Of a DNA stretch of 64,000 bases, positions 11,283 to 22,241 are shown one piece after another. Position 1 is the stretch's first letter; each line of letters starts with the position of its first letter. Both the position numbers and the translations under genes were made by a program. Source of the stretch: Abditibacteriaceae bacterium (GTDB lineage: Bacteria; Armatimonadota; Abditibacteriia; Abditibacteriales; Abditibacteriaceae); NCBI GenBank assembly GCA_965277285.1, contig OZ255721.1, forward strand, positions 3,488,001 to 3,552,000, read 5' to 3'. Under the pieces are notes generated by a model, which made no database searches, had not been told where the DNA came from, and was given only the letters and a program-made list of their open reading frames with translations.

Positions 11283-13397
11283 TTAGCGCAGTTTCGCGCC
11301 GCTCGCCACCGTTCGAGTACTCGATTCGCTTTCCATTGAGCTGCGCGAAACCGGACTGCCGAACAAATTGCGATTGCGCTCGCCCGCGCTAACAATGCTC
11401 CACATGAACAAGCGCGTCACGCTGATGGCGGAAAATAACGACAGCAAAACGCCGACGCCCAGCGTGAGAGCGAAACCTTTGACCGGGCCGGTTCCGAAGA
11501 AGAACAAGACAACTGCCGCGATCAGTGTTGTAACGTGCGAATCTAAAATCGCTGTCCAAGCGCGACTAAAAGCAGCGCGCAACGCGGCGGTAAAGGTCGG
11601 CTGAATCGCCATTTCCTCGCGCAAACGTTCAAACACCAAGATGTTCGTATCGAGCGACATCGCAATCGCCAGCAAGAATCCGGCGATGCCTGGCAACGTC
11701 AGCGTTCCGCCCAACAAAATGAAAACGGCGAGGTTGAGCACGCAATAAACGGCGAGCGCGAAGTCGGCCAAAAGTCCGGGCAAACGATAAAAGAAAATCA
11801 TAAACAGCGCGACTGCCGCCAATCCAATCGCGCCCGCGCGCAAACTTTTTAGCAGCGAATCGGTGCCCAACGTTGCCGAAACGGTGCGGTTTTCCACGAC
11901 GTCAATTGGCGCGGGAAGAGCGCCGCTATTCAACAACGAAGTCAAAGTTTGCGCTTCCTGAATAGTTTGAAAACCACCTGAAATCTGGCCGGTTCCATCA
12001 GTAATCGCGCTATTAACACTGGGCGCCGTGATGCAGCGTTCGTCCAAAAAAATGGGAATGTAACGGTTCTTGCTCGGGTCTGTATCAGCGTTCGGGTTTT
12101 GCACTTGTCGCGTCACATCGGCGAAACGTTTCACGCTATCACCCTGCAATTCAAAGGAAACGACGGGCTTCCCATTTTGATCGAAAACCGCTTTTGTATT
12201 CGGCTTCACGTCGTTGCCAGGAACAACCAATTGCGACATTTGACGAGCGACGCTGGTCGGAACCGGCGTCGTCGGGCGACCACTGGCGTCGGTTTTGTAG
12301 AAAGTCTCAGTTTCCTCACCAGTCGCTGGATCAGTCTGCTTAATCGGAATCAAGTCGGCGGGCAGCAAACGAATTTCCATCTGTGCCGTCGTTCCAATCA
12401 CCGCGACGGCTTTTTGCGGATCGTTGACGCCGGGCAACTGCACGATAATTCTGTCCGGCAATTGTTTTTGAATCAGCGGTTCGCTAACGCCCAGTTTATC
12501 GACGCGCGCGCGCACGATTTCGACTGTTCTATCCAGTCGCTCGCTCGCCTGATCCGCGCCCAAGCCGACTCCAGTACTCGATGCACCGGCGTTCGGGTCG
12601 TAGAACTTGGGGTCGCCATTCGGCGAAAACTTGACGCCCGCGACGTTGCGCAAAGCGGCATCAATAGCGGCTTTTTGCGCGTTGAACTCGGCGAGGTCCT
12701 TGGCTTGCGTGCGCACTTCGAGCGTGTCGCTGCTGCCTGTGGCAAAGTTCACGTCAGCGCGATCCAGGCCTGAACCGCCGTTCGCTAATGCTGTGCGAAC
12801 CTGCGCCAGAAACGCGTCTGAGGCATCGGCATCCGCCAATTTCTTGTCGAAGCGATAAGGAAACAGCGCGCGCCGAACTTGCAAAACCAGGCTGACGCCG
12901 CCGCGCAAATCCAATCCCAATTTGATGGCAGTGCCGCGTTGAAAAGGATAAATCGCGTAGTTGGTGGTCTGGAAAATCGGCGCAATCGGAAAATTGACGA
13001 AATCAGGGAGTTGCGGCAGAACCGAGCGCCCCAGCGTTTTAACCACGACCTGTTCGATGCGACCGGCGCGAGATTGAGCTTCCTGGCGCGTCGTCGCTTT
13101 GTCGGTGATGGTCGCGGTTTTGGCGTTCGGGTCGTAAGTCAAGCCTGTCGATGGCAAGGCGTCTTTACCGGACGGAAACTCGGTGGCAAGCGCGGCATCA
13201 ACCAATTCGGTGGCAGTTTTAGACGGTTGACCTTTGGCCGGTTTGGGCACCACTTGGTCGAAGGGCGTGGTGGAAGTAAAGGTGAGTGTGTAATTCTGTG
13301 GTTGCGGCGGCGCGCCAATCGGGTAGAAGATGAAACCCAGACACGCGAGAACCAGGAGCAAAAGGCCCAGATATTGGACCGGACGGCTACGAAGCAT
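11283..13397 (-). CDS. secD: Protein translocase subunit SecD
   Basis: KLGLDLRGG, RVDKLGVSEP, IIVQLPG, SGALP, LTLPGIAG, FERLREE, GPVKGFALTL. Confidence 0.97.
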   Translation of the reverse strand: MLRSRPVQYLGLLLLVLACLGFIFYPIGAPPQPQNYTLTFTSTTPFDQVVPKPAKGQPSKTATELVDAALATEFPSGKDALPSTGLTYDPNAKTATITDKATTRQEAQSRAGRIEQVVVKTLGRSVLPQLPDFVNFPIAPIFQTTNYAIYPFQRGTAIKLGLDLRGGVSLVLQVRRALFPYRFDKKLADADASDAFLAQVRTALANGGSGLDRADVNFATGSSDTLEVRTQAKDLAEFNAQKAAIDAALRNVAGVKFSPNGDPKFYDPNAGASSTGVGLGADQASERLDRTVEIVRARVDKLGVSEPLIQKQLPDRIIVQLPGVNDPQKAVAVIGTTAQMEIRLLPADLIPIKQTDPATGEETETFYKTDASGRPTTPVPTSVARQMSQLVVPGNDVKPNTKAVFDQNGKPVVSFELQGDSVKRFADVTRQVQNPNADTDPSKNRYIPIFLDERCITAPSVNSAITDGTGQISGGFQTIQEAQTLTSLLNSGALPAPIDVVENRTVSATLGTDSLLKSLRAGAIGLAAVALFMIFFYRLPGLLADFALAVYCVLNLAVFILLGGTLTLPGIAGFLLAIAMSLDTNILVFERLREEMAIQPTFTAALRAAFSRAWTAILDSHVTTLIAAVVLFFFGTGPVKGFALTLGVGVLLSLFSAISVTRLFMWSIVSAGERNRNLFGSPVSRSSMESESSTRTVASGAKLR

Positions 13398-13488
13398 TGA
13401 GAAACCTCTTGGGGAATAAGACTTTCAAATTATAACGCTGTGACGCCTCGCGGTCAACGAAATCGAGTACTCGAATGCGGCAAACGTC

Positions 13489-13517
13489 TTGAAACCTGTA
13501 TTGTGCGACGTTATAAT
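13489..13517 (+). promoter_or_regulatory. Sigma70-type promoter of tRNA-Val
   Basis: TTGAAA-17 nt-TATAAT, about 20 nt upstream of the tRNA. Confidence 0.75.
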
Positions 13518-13536
13518 GAAAGGCCATTGTTTCTGC

Positions 13537-13611
13537 GGGCGATTAACTCAGCGGGAGAGTGCCACCTTCACACGGTGGAAGTCGCTGGTTCGATCCCAGC
13601 ATCGCCCACCA
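13537..13611 (+). tRNA. tRNA-Val (anticodon CAC)
   Basis: GGGCGATTAACTCAGCGGGAGAGTG, CCACC-TTCACAC-GGTGG, GGTTCGATCCC, ends ATCGCCCACCA; 75 nt. Confidence 0.97.
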
Positions 13612-14032
13612 AAAACCTATTCTTACTCTTTTAAGCCTTATTACGTAAGGCTTTGCGCGCTCCTCGCGCTTCTTCTGTTCCTCACACCACGAAGTTCAAC
13701 TGACAAGTTGGCTTCCACCTTCAAGATTTATTCTGTTCTGGTAAATACCTCGCAGTTTGCTGCTTTCCGCGCAATACGTTTGTGTTCCAAGCGCAACTCT
13801 CCGTTTCAGAGAGTTTGCCCTGACATAAAAAGTTACACTCGCATTCAATTACCGAACGCCGTTGTTTTGCTTTGGCGACCTCACATACAAAGCAGCAAAA
13901 GTTGCTGTCGCATGAGGTGACATCTCCTCGAAGAAAGCAGCGTTGCAAAAAAGCGTTGCGACGCGGCACTTCAATCGCGTTGCTCGTTCGCCGATCTGAA
14001 AAGCCGCATCTAAACGTCTGGGATACGGCTTT

Positions 14033-14080
14033 TTTGCTATTGGCGTCATTTGCTATTGGCGTCATTTGCTGTTGGTGTCA
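14033..14080. repeat. Tandem repeat, 3 x 16 bp
   Basis: TTTGCTATTGGCGTCA twice, then TTTGCTGTTGGTGTCA. Confidence 0.85.
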
Positions 14081-14145
14081 AGGGAATGTTGGTTTTTCGA
14101 TTCCTTTGATAGTTATGGATGACAGTTATGTATTGGAACCTTGCT

Positions 14146-16866
14146 ATGAAAACATACCGAAAGTGGACATCTTGGTTACTGATCACGGCGAGTTTTTTCA
14201 CTGTTTGTGGCGGAAGTCACGCGGCGCAATCAATGGCAGCGCAAAGTAGCGAAGCGGTGTCGCCATTGGCGGCGCTGGTTAATCCTCTGGTTGGAACCGA
14301 TGGCGCGGGGAATACTTTTCCTGGCGCCGTCGCGCCTTTTGGCATGATGCAGTTAAGTCCCAATCTGGAAAACAACGGCTACTATTACACCAACACGCGG
14401 ATGCACGGTTTCGTTGTCAACCTGATGAGCGGCAACGGCGGCGCGAACGAGGGCCAAGTCCTGATGACGGCGACGACCGGGCCGGTGAAAATCGCGCGCG
14501 ACGACACCGATTTTTCGTTTAATCATCAACAAGAAAGCGCTTCGGCGGGCTATTATCAAGTGCGGATGCAGCCTTTCGACATCAACGCCGAGATGACCAC
14601 AACGACGCGATGCGGTTTGCTTCGATATACTTTTCCGGCAGGCAAGCAGGCCAACATTCTGCTGCCTTTGAGCTACGCCAATACGCCGACGATTTTTAGC
14701 CACGTTCATTATGTGGACGATCACACGATCAGCGGCGATGTTTCCAGCGAATCGTTCGGTGGCGAGCGGCACGGCATTCCGGTGTATTTCGTGATGTCAT
14801 TCAGCAAGGCGTTCGCCAGTCATGGCACCTGGACCAATCGAGTACTCGATGCCAACAGCGGCGACGCCGCGCAAAACGACCGCAACACCGTCATCGGTTT
14901 TTATGGAAGTTATGCCGCGTCCGCCAGTCCGCAAACGGTCGAAGTGCGCATCGGTATGTCGTATGTGGATGCGAAGGGCGCTCTGGCCAACTTGAAGGCG
15001 GAAATGCCCACAGGCGGTTTCGATCATTATCGCGCACTCGCGGCGCAGGCGTGGAACACGGAACTGAGCCTGATCGATGTTCAGGGCGGGACGCTGACGC
15101 ATCGTCGCATCTTTTACACAGCGCTTTATCATGCTCTTATCGCGCCGACCATTTTCGAGGATGTTGACGGTCGCTATACGGGATTTGACGGCCAAATTCA
15201 CACCGTGCCGCCGGGTCACAAGCATCTTTACGCCACTTTTTCGGGTTGGGATATTTACCGCACCGAGTTCCCGTTGCTGGGCATCATCGAGCCGCAACGC
15301 GCCGGTGATATGGCGCAGTCCATTGTCGAAATGGCCAAGCAACTGGGCTACATTGATCGCTGGCCTCAACTCAATCAGCCGGCTACAGTGATGAACGGCG
15401 ACCCTCTCACGATTTGTTTGACCAACCTGTGGAACGCCGGAATTCGCAACTTCGATATGGAAACCGCTTACCGCTATATGTGGAAGCAGTCGCAGCCCGG
15501 CGACCCGCATTCGCACATCGACGTTTATCAAAGCTTCGATGAGGAAAAAGGCGGCGTCACGCTTAATCCCGATGTCAGCGTGGCGTCGGCGTTGGAATAC
15601 AACGTTTCTTTCGCGGCTTTAGGGCATCTCGCCCAAGCTTTGAACAAGCCCGACGACGCGAAGTATCTGTTTGGTCGCGCTCTCCAATATCGGGAAATGT
15701 ATAACTCGGCGAGCGGCTACCTTCAGGGACGAGATGCCAATGGCGTTTGGGATCAAAGTTTCGGTGGCTACACCGAAGGCAACCGCGACATTTATTTGTG
15801 GTTCGTGCCGCACGATGTTCAGGGATTGGTCGATTTGATGGGCGGCCCGGCGACCTTCGACAAGCGACTGGATAATTTTTTCGATCAAAAACAATATGAT
15901 CCGACAAACGAACCGGATATCCAGGCGCCTTTTCTGTACGACTACATCAACCGCCCGTGGAAGACGCAGCACATCGTGGCGCAGACAGCCGATCAGGTTT
16001 TTACCGACACGCCGGGCGGTCTGGCGGGCGGCAACGACGACTTGGGCACCATGTCGTCGTGGTATATCTTGTCGCAGTTGGGCTTTTATCCCGTTGATTC
16101 GGGCACGCCGTATCTTGAGGTCTGCACGCCGCGCTTTCCTCGCGTCGTGATCAATCTGTCGGCGACGCACGCCGGAAAGCAGTTCATCATCGAAGCGCCG
16201 AACGCCGCGCCCGACCAGGAATATATCCAGTCGGCGACTTTGAACGGCGCGCCTCTCGACAAACCCTGGTTCGACGAAGCCGCGATTTTGTCCAGCGGAA
16301 CCTGGACTGTGCAAGTGGGAGCGCAGCCCAACAAAAATTGGGGCGCCTCGCCGTTCAATCGGCCTCCTTCGCTTTCGACGGGCTTGACACACGTCCCGCA
16401 AAATCCAATTCTGCAGCCTCTCGGCGAGACGGATAAAAACGTGGTCTGGCGCTACAGCACCGATAAGCCGGCGGAAGATTGGTTCAAGGCGGGTTTCGAT
16501 GACACAAAATGGAAAAGCGGCCCTGGCGGTTTCGGCACCGATGACGTGGGCGTAACGCCGCGCACCGTTTGGAATACCGATGACATCTGGATGCGCCGCA
16601 CCGTGACGCTGCCCGCTGCTTTCAAGGCGCCCGTGGTATCGGCTTATCACGACCAGGACATCGACGTGTATTTGAACGGCGTTCTGGCCGCCCAAGTTTC
16701 CGGTTGGACGCACTCTTACGACGCGCTACCCATATCGGCACAGGCCGCCGCGACCTTGCACGAGGGCGCAAACGTGATGGCCATTCACGTCCACCATCCA
16801 GGCGACGGTCGCCATTTCGCCGACGCCAACCTCTTCGAGATGGACTGGCCCGAAAACGAACGATAA
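14146..16866 (+). CDS. Secreted GH92 alpha-mannosidase-like protein with C-terminal beta-sandwich domain
   Basis: VNPLVGT..GNTFPGAVAPFGMMQLSP, FYTALYH, FSGWDIYR, TNEPD, GNDDLGTMSSW; signal peptide. Confidence 0.92.
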   Translation: MKTYRKWTSWLLITASFFTVCGGSHAAQSMAAQSSEAVSPLAALVNPLVGTDGAGNTFPGAVAPFGMMQLSPNLENNGYYYTNTRMHGFVVNLMSGNGGANEGQVLMTATTGPVKIARDDTDFSFNHQQESASAGYYQVRMQPFDINAEMTTTTRCGLLRYTFPAGKQANILLPLSYANTPTIFSHVHYVDDHTISGDVSSESFGGERHGIPVYFVMSFSKAFASHGTWTNRVLDANSGDAAQNDRNTVIGFYGSYAASASPQTVEVRIGMSYVDAKGALANLKAEMPTGGFDHYRALAAQAWNTELSLIDVQGGTLTHRRIFYTALYHALIAPTIFEDVDGRYTGFDGQIHTVPPGHKHLYATFSGWDIYRTEFPLLGIIEPQRAGDMAQSIVEMAKQLGYIDRWPQLNQPATVMNGDPLTICLTNLWNAGIRNFDMETAYRYMWKQSQPGDPHSHIDVYQSFDEEKGGVTLNPDVSVASALEYNVSFAALGHLAQALNKPDDAKYLFGRALQYREMYNSASGYLQGRDANGVWDQSFGGYTEGNRDIYLWFVPHDVQGLVDLMGGPATFDKRLDNFFDQKQYDPTNEPDIQAPFLYDYINRPWKTQHIVAQTADQVFTDTPGGLAGGNDDLGTMSSWYILSQLGFYPVDSGTPYLEVCTPRFPRVVINLSATHAGKQFIIEAPNAAPDQEYIQSATLNGAPLDKPWFDEAAILSSGTWTVQVGAQPNKNWGASPFNRPPSLSTGLTHVPQNPILQPLGETDKNVVWRYSTDKPAEDWFKAGFDDTKWKSGPGGFGTDDVGVTPRTVWNTDDIWMRRTVTLPAAFKAPVVSAYHDQDIDVYLNGVLAAQVSGWTHSYDALPISAQAAATLHEGANVMAIHVHHPGDGRHFADANLFEMDWPENER

Positions 16867-16949
16867 CAATACTCGAACGATGACGGCGCTGATTTCAAGT
16901 GTCGCCTGTCGTGCATCTTGCGAATGATGCACGAAGTCTGTCCAATCCC

Positions 16950-19745
16950 ATGAAACTCACAAATGCCGTAATTTGCGCTGCGTTATTGACATCGAGTACT
17001 CGATACGCCGGTCCTCTGCCTCTTCATGCCCAATCAACGACTGTGTCAATGACACTTTCGCCTGAACATCCCGAACTGTTGCAAAGCGCCATCAACGCCG
17101 CTTTCAAAGCGGGGCTTAAAAAGATCGTCGTGCCTGCGGGCGTTTATCAAATTCCATCGTCCATCACGGGCGACAATTTGGAATTCGCCGACTTGAAGGA
17201 CTTTGAAATCGACGCAACGGGCGCAACGTTTCTGATGCTGGACAACTCGAAAGGCGGCGTTTCCTTTCGCAATTGCCAGAACGTAACGCTGCGCGGTGCC
17301 ACGATTCGCAACGCCACGTTTCCCTTTACGCAGGGAACAATTGCCACCATTGCGTCCGACCGCAAATCGTTCGAGTTGAAAATCGACGCCGGTTATCCCG
17401 CCACGCTCGACGACACCAAAGCCTTCGACGCGCGCACGACGTATTACGTTTTCGACCGCGTGACGCGCCGCCTCAAAACTGGTACTTACGACTATGGCAG
17501 TGCGGGCGTGACGCGGCTAAGCGCCGACCGTTTTCAGATTTCGTTCGACAACGCGCTGGGCAGCGAAGTCGAAGTCGGCGATTTGACTTCGATGCGCGGG
17601 CGCGGCGCAAGCGGTTTGCACAACGATAATTGCACGAACATGAACATCATCGGTGTGTCGGTGCAATCGTCCGGCGGCTTTGGCTTTTTCGAGACGGGCG
17701 GCGTGGGCGGCAATCATTATGACGGAGTTTCGGTCAAGCCCGGCCCCAAACCTCAAGGTGCGACTGCCGATCCGTTGATGAGCGAGAACGCTGACGGCTT
17801 CCATTCGGCGGGCACCAAAAAAGGGCCGACGATTGAAAATTCGCTGTTTACGCGGATGCCCGACGACGGCATCGCCATTCACGGCGAATATCAGATGGTG
17901 CGCCAAAGCCAGAACGACACGCTGACCTGTATGCGTCCTTGGCCTGGCCTGCCGTACTCAGTTGGAGATCGCGTGACGCTGGTCGCTAAAAACGGCGTTC
18001 CAATGGGCGAAGCGATTGTGACGAATGTCAAGCCGCTCGCCGATAACTTGCTGCCGCCGTTGCAAACCGATTTTGCACACTTCCGCGACAATCGCTTCTT
18101 TTTCCAATTGACGCTGGACAAGCCTCTCAAGGCTTATGAAGGAGATGTGGTGTCGAATCTCGACCAAACGGGCAACGGGTTCATTTTGCGCAACAACACA
18201 ATTCTCGATCATCGCGCGCGTGGAATGCTGCTCAAGGCGCGCGATGGATTGGTCGAAAACAATCTGGTTGACGGCAGTTCCATTGCGGGCCTGGTGATGG
18301 GGCCGGAGATGTGGTGGGGCGAAGCGAACTACGCGCAAAACGTCGTCATTCGAGGCAACACTTTCGCGCATTGCGGCTATGCCACGACCGGCCCGTGGAA
18401 CGATCAGGCGGGCGTCTTGAGCGTTTTGGCAACCGGCGATTCGCCCGTTGCGCGCGGACACTCGAACATCAGAATCGAAAACAATTCGTTTGTCTCCAAC
18501 GACGGCGTGAACGTGGTTTTGGACGGTATCGAGTACTCGACATTCAAGAACAACACGTTCCTCAATGCCCAACGCGCTGAAAACAAGCGCGGCAAAGATC
18601 GCGGCATTGATGCTGGCGCTCTGGTGTGGATCGACCGCGCCAAAAATCTCCAAATCGAAGGCAACACAGCGCAACGATTGGGCGCTTTCAACACGGCTTT
18701 GGTGAAGATGAGCGCTCACGCCAGCGACATTCGTGGCGCGCAAAATGGCGTTCGCGTCAATGACGCCAAAATTGTAAACGTGCGTAATCCGCTCGATTTG
18801 CAATATATGGGCGACGGACAAATGCGCCGCGAAGTGCGCGATCCAGCCATCATCCGCGACGGCGACACATGGTACATGACTTTTACGATGTGGCCTTTCG
18901 CCAACCGCGAAGACAATCGCATGACGTTGCCCAACAACGGTTCGTCGCCTGGGATTCAATTGTTCTCATCCAAGGATTTGAAGACGTGGAAAGCGGAAAA
19001 CTGGCTGGTCAAATCGAGCGACTTGCCCGCCAATTCACCTTATAAACATCGTTTCTGGGCGCCGGAAATTCACCGTTTCGGCTCGAAGTTCTACATCATT
19101 TTCACCGCCGACAATTGGAGCAAGCCCGGCTACAATCCGGCGGGCAACTGGGGCCCGGCGGGTTATGCGTTTGTGGGCGTCGCCGACAAAGTGACCGGGC
19201 CTTATCGTCACATCACCTACATTCCCGACGGCGCCTGCGACACCACGCTTTTCCAGTCAGCCGACGGCGCAACTTACGCCGTGATGCCCAAATACCATAT
19301 CTTTATCCGCAAAATCGACTTGTCGAAATTGGATCAAGGCCAGGTGAAATGGCTAAGTCCAGAACAAAAGATTATCGATTCCGACAATGTTGGCACGCTG
19401 ATGAGCGACAAACCAAAGTATCTCGAAGGCCCGTGGGTCGAGCGCGTCGGTGAGAAATACGTGCTGTTTTACGCGCAAACCTTCGACAATTCGTATTGGA
19501 CAGGCGCGGCTTACGCCGACAATCCGCTTGGCCCGTGGAGCAAAGACCCGCGCGGCAAGGTGTTCGAGGGTGGCCATTTGAACGTTTTCGATGGCCCTGA
19601 CGGGCGCAAATGGTTTGCTTACCGCCGCGAACAAGACGCGCCGCAGCGAGGCACACCCGCCGCACAACCGATGGACTTCGACACGCGAGGCCGCGTCATC
19701 GTGGACGTGCCAACGGATCCCGCGCCTTCGCCTCAAACTTCGTGA
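16950..19745 (+). CDS. Secreted right-handed beta-helix (pectin-lyase/GH110-like) domain fused to a GH43-like beta-propeller
   Basis: NADGFH...DDGIAIHG beta-helix motifs; C-terminal RDPAII, WAPEI, CDTTLF, EGPW. Confidence 0.8.
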   Translation: MKLTNAVICAALLTSSTRYAGPLPLHAQSTTVSMTLSPEHPELLQSAINAAFKAGLKKIVVPAGVYQIPSSITGDNLEFADLKDFEIDATGATFLMLDNSKGGVSFRNCQNVTLRGATIRNATFPFTQGTIATIASDRKSFELKIDAGYPATLDDTKAFDARTTYYVFDRVTRRLKTGTYDYGSAGVTRLSADRFQISFDNALGSEVEVGDLTSMRGRGASGLHNDNCTNMNIIGVSVQSSGGFGFFETGGVGGNHYDGVSVKPGPKPQGATADPLMSENADGFHSAGTKKGPTIENSLFTRMPDDGIAIHGEYQMVRQSQNDTLTCMRPWPGLPYSVGDRVTLVAKNGVPMGEAIVTNVKPLADNLLPPLQTDFAHFRDNRFFFQLTLDKPLKAYEGDVVSNLDQTGNGFILRNNTILDHRARGMLLKARDGLVENNLVDGSSIAGLVMGPEMWWGEANYAQNVVIRGNTFAHCGYATTGPWNDQAGVLSVLATGDSPVARGHSNIRIENNSFVSNDGVNVVLDGIEYSTFKNNTFLNAQRAENKRGKDRGIDAGALVWIDRAKNLQIEGNTAQRLGAFNTALVKMSAHASDIRGAQNGVRVNDAKIVNVRNPLDLQYMGDGQMRREVRDPAIIRDGDTWYMTFTMWPFANREDNRMTLPNNGSSPGIQLFSSKDLKTWKAENWLVKSSDLPANSPYKHRFWAPEIHRFGSKFYIIFTADNWSKPGYNPAGNWGPAGYAFVGVADKVTGPYRHITYIPDGACDTTLFQSADGATYAVMPKYHIFIRKIDLSKLDQGQVKWLSPEQKIIDSDNVGTLMSDKPKYLEGPWVERVGEKYVLFYAQTFDNSYWTGAAYADNPLGPWSKDPRGKVFEGGHLNVFDGPDGRKWFAYRREQDAPQRGTPAAQPMDFDTRGRVIVDVPTDPAPSPQTS

Positions 19746-19890
19746 ACCGTTTGGCGTTTGAATCGAGTACTCGAAATCACAAGTTGTGTTTCTTCTACTT
19801 AATCGCGCACTCCCAATCGAGAGCAATGCGAAAGCGGCTTCTCAAAACAAATTGAGAAGCCGCTTTGCTTATTCTTCTGGGTTTTTGGCG

Positions 19891-22059
19891 TCAATTGGGA
19901 TAAAGCGCGCTTTGCGGAATGACTTGCGACGAGCCGCCCGGCGTTTTCCACAACAGCTTGGCCGTAGCTTGGCCGGTGTGCTCGAAAAAGTCCATTCTGA
20001 CGGCGTATTTTTGGCCTGCCGTCAGGTTGACGACTGTGCTGTTGTTGGTCGTAGCGCCGTGCAGCGTCCAGTTGTTGATGACCTGAACGCCGTTGACCCA
20101 CAAGCGCACGCCGTCATCGGAAACCGTCGAGAAAACGTAGCTTCCTGTTGTCGTCGCCTGAACTTGACCCGTCCAACGTACCGAAAACGAATCGACGTGA
20201 ACCGAGGCGGCAGGCGAGCCGGTTCCCCAATCGAAGTTGACCGTGGCATCCGTCCGATTGAGTACTGGATTGACAAAAGTTTCCGAATTGAAATAAGCAC
20301 CGCTCAAGCCTGTTCCCATTGTGGCGCTACTATCGACGACGGTGAAGGAAACACTCAAAGGCGTGCCTCTTGTGCCACCCAGATTGCTGGCGGAATAAGG
20401 TGTTGCAGTCACGGAATGAGCGCCCAACGCTGGAACCCAGGCCGCGTAATCGGTGCTGCCATCCGCTTTGGCGCTGTCGCCCGCGATGTCATACGGCACG
20501 GCGTTTTCCGTGTGATAATTGGTGGTGCCATCCAAACCGAACAGCACGCTGCCGACATTCGCCGGATTGGTATTGGCGCGAATGCTGAGGTTCTTGGTGC
20601 CAATTTTGGCGAAATCAATTGTTGCGTTGGCGGGAATCGGGTCGAAGCCGCTTACGGCTTGATCGGTATCGGCGTTGATCAAGGTCAACGAAGTCACCGT
20701 TTGCGGCACGGGCGTTGGTGTCGGCGTCGGAGGTGGAGCGTTCTGGCTCAATTTGTAAATCGTGCCGCTGCCATCGTCCGAGATGAGCATATTGCCTTGC
20801 GCATCAACGGCTGTATCGACAGGCCGTCCCCAATTGCTGGACGCATCGGCCCAGCCAGAAACGAAATCGGCTTGCGCGCCCGGAACTTGATTCGTCGTGT
20901 CCCACGGAAAGTAAACGACTTTGTAGCCGGTTTTCTGCGACCTGTTCCACGAACCGTGGAGGGCGATGGTGACGCCGTTGCGGTAGGCCGTCGGAAAAGC
21001 CGTGTTGCCCAGAAAAGTCAGTCCGAGCGGCGCCGAATGCGCTTGAATGCCTTTGTTGATGCGGTCGAAACTACTCGCCGCGCCATGACTGCCATCGGCG
21101 TTATTTTGCACGTCCAAATCGAACGGCATATTGTCGAATCCAGTACTCGAATCGGGGTTTGGGTTGGCGTAGGGCCAGCCGTAATTGCCGCCATCGCGGA
21201 CGTGCGTGAACTCTTCCGGCGGATGGTTATCGACAAACGATTGCATCACTTTGCCGTAATCGTCCGTCCCGTCGCCGTCCCAATCGCTGTGAAAAGGATA
21301 GGCGATGTTGTCTCGGTTATTGACGCAAACCCACAAATTGTTGATCGTGTTCGGCACAATCGCCAGCCCTTCGGCGTTGCGCAAGCCGGTCGCAAAAACT
21401 CGCGCGCCAGTTCCATCCGCGTTGTATTGAAAAATCGTGGCGCGCGGCGGATTCGCCGTCACGTCAGACGGGTCAGCGTTCGTCGCAGAGGAAACTTCGA
21501 CATACAATTTGTCGTTGCCGTCGATGGCAAAGTTCTTCAGCGCGTGCGCATAAGCGCCTCGCAATTGCGGCGAACTGTCGTCCGGCAAGCCGCTGATGAT
21601 GGTTTGTTCGTTGTGCGCCGTCAGGTCGCCGTTGCTGTAAGGAAAGCGGTCGATCTGGTTGCTTTCCGAAACATAAAGCCAGGTCGTGGCGCCGACCGTA
21701 TGAAAAACCATGTCCTGCGGCTTGTTCAATCCGGTCACGAAATCGGAAACGGTCGGGGCGCCGTTGGCGTTGGCGCGCACCAGCGAGATTTTGCCGTTGC
21801 CCGGCTGCGATACCAGCAAATTGCCGTCGGGCGTGAAGGTCAAAAATCGCGCGCCGCCGATGCGCGCATAAACCGCGATATTGAAGTTCGTCGGAATGTT
21901 GAGCGTGCGCGGTGTATCGAAAGGCGCGCTCGTCATCGAAGCTGGAACTTGTACGGTTTGCGGCGAAAGCGCGACTTGCGCCTGTGCCGTTGTCGTCATC
22001 CAGCTCAAGGCGGCTGTCGATAACGCTGTTGCGAAAAGTTTCGGTGCCACTTTTTTCAT
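19891..22059 (-). CDS. Secreted PQQ-dependent (sorbosone/glucose-type) dehydrogenase-like protein with C-terminal PA14 domain
   Basis: FATGLRNAEG, GGNYGWPY, AHSAPLG, HGSWNR, GRPVD, ISDD; PA14 motifs FSVRWTG and SDDGVRLWV. Confidence 0.9.
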   Translation of the reverse strand: MKKVAPKLFATALSTAALSWMTTTAQAQVALSPQTVQVPASMTSAPFDTPRTLNIPTNFNIAVYARIGGARFLTFTPDGNLLVSQPGNGKISLVRANANGAPTVSDFVTGLNKPQDMVFHTVGATTWLYVSESNQIDRFPYSNGDLTAHNEQTIISGLPDDSSPQLRGAYAHALKNFAIDGNDKLYVEVSSATNADPSDVTANPPRATIFQYNADGTGARVFATGLRNAEGLAIVPNTINNLWVCVNNRDNIAYPFHSDWDGDGTDDYGKVMQSFVDNHPPEEFTHVRDGGNYGWPYANPNPDSSTGFDNMPFDLDVQNNADGSHGAASSFDRINKGIQAHSAPLGLTFLGNTAFPTAYRNGVTIALHGSWNRSQKTGYKVVYFPWDTTNQVPGAQADFVSGWADASSNWGRPVDTAVDAQGNMLISDDGSGTIYKLSQNAPPPTPTPTPVPQTVTSLTLINADTDQAVSGFDPIPANATIDFAKIGTKNLSIRANTNPANVGSVLFGLDGTTNYHTENAVPYDIAGDSAKADGSTDYAAWVPALGAHSVTATPYSASNLGGTRGTPLSVSFTVVDSSATMGTGLSGAYFNSETFVNPVLNRTDATVNFDWGTGSPAASVHVDSFSVRWTGQVQATTTGSYVFSTVSDDGVRLWVNGVQVINNWTLHGATTNNSTVVNLTAGQKYAVRMDFFEHTGQATAKLLWKTPGGSSQVIPQSALYPN

Positions 22060-22241
22060 GTGGAACTCCTGCCGTGAAAGATCGGTTGAGAAAGTCTTTG
22101 GGTGACAATCTTTTTCCATAACTCAAGGGCGAAATGAGAACCGAGTGTATCTTGTGGCGCCACGTAATTTCCCTGACACAGTTTCGAGTACTCGAATGAG
22201 GTTTGAGCAATTACCAGAGCAATGCTACGATGATCTATCAG

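Noticed and set aside
13612..14145. Integrative element at tRNA-Val and short ORFs in this spacer
   Set aside because: No integrase and no duplicated tRNA 3' end found; the ORFs lack motifs and overlap each other or the tRNA.
19786..22023. 745-aa + strand ORF
   Set aside because: Antisense shadow of the PQQ-dehydrogenase/PA14 gene; no motifs and an Arg/Val-rich shadow composition.
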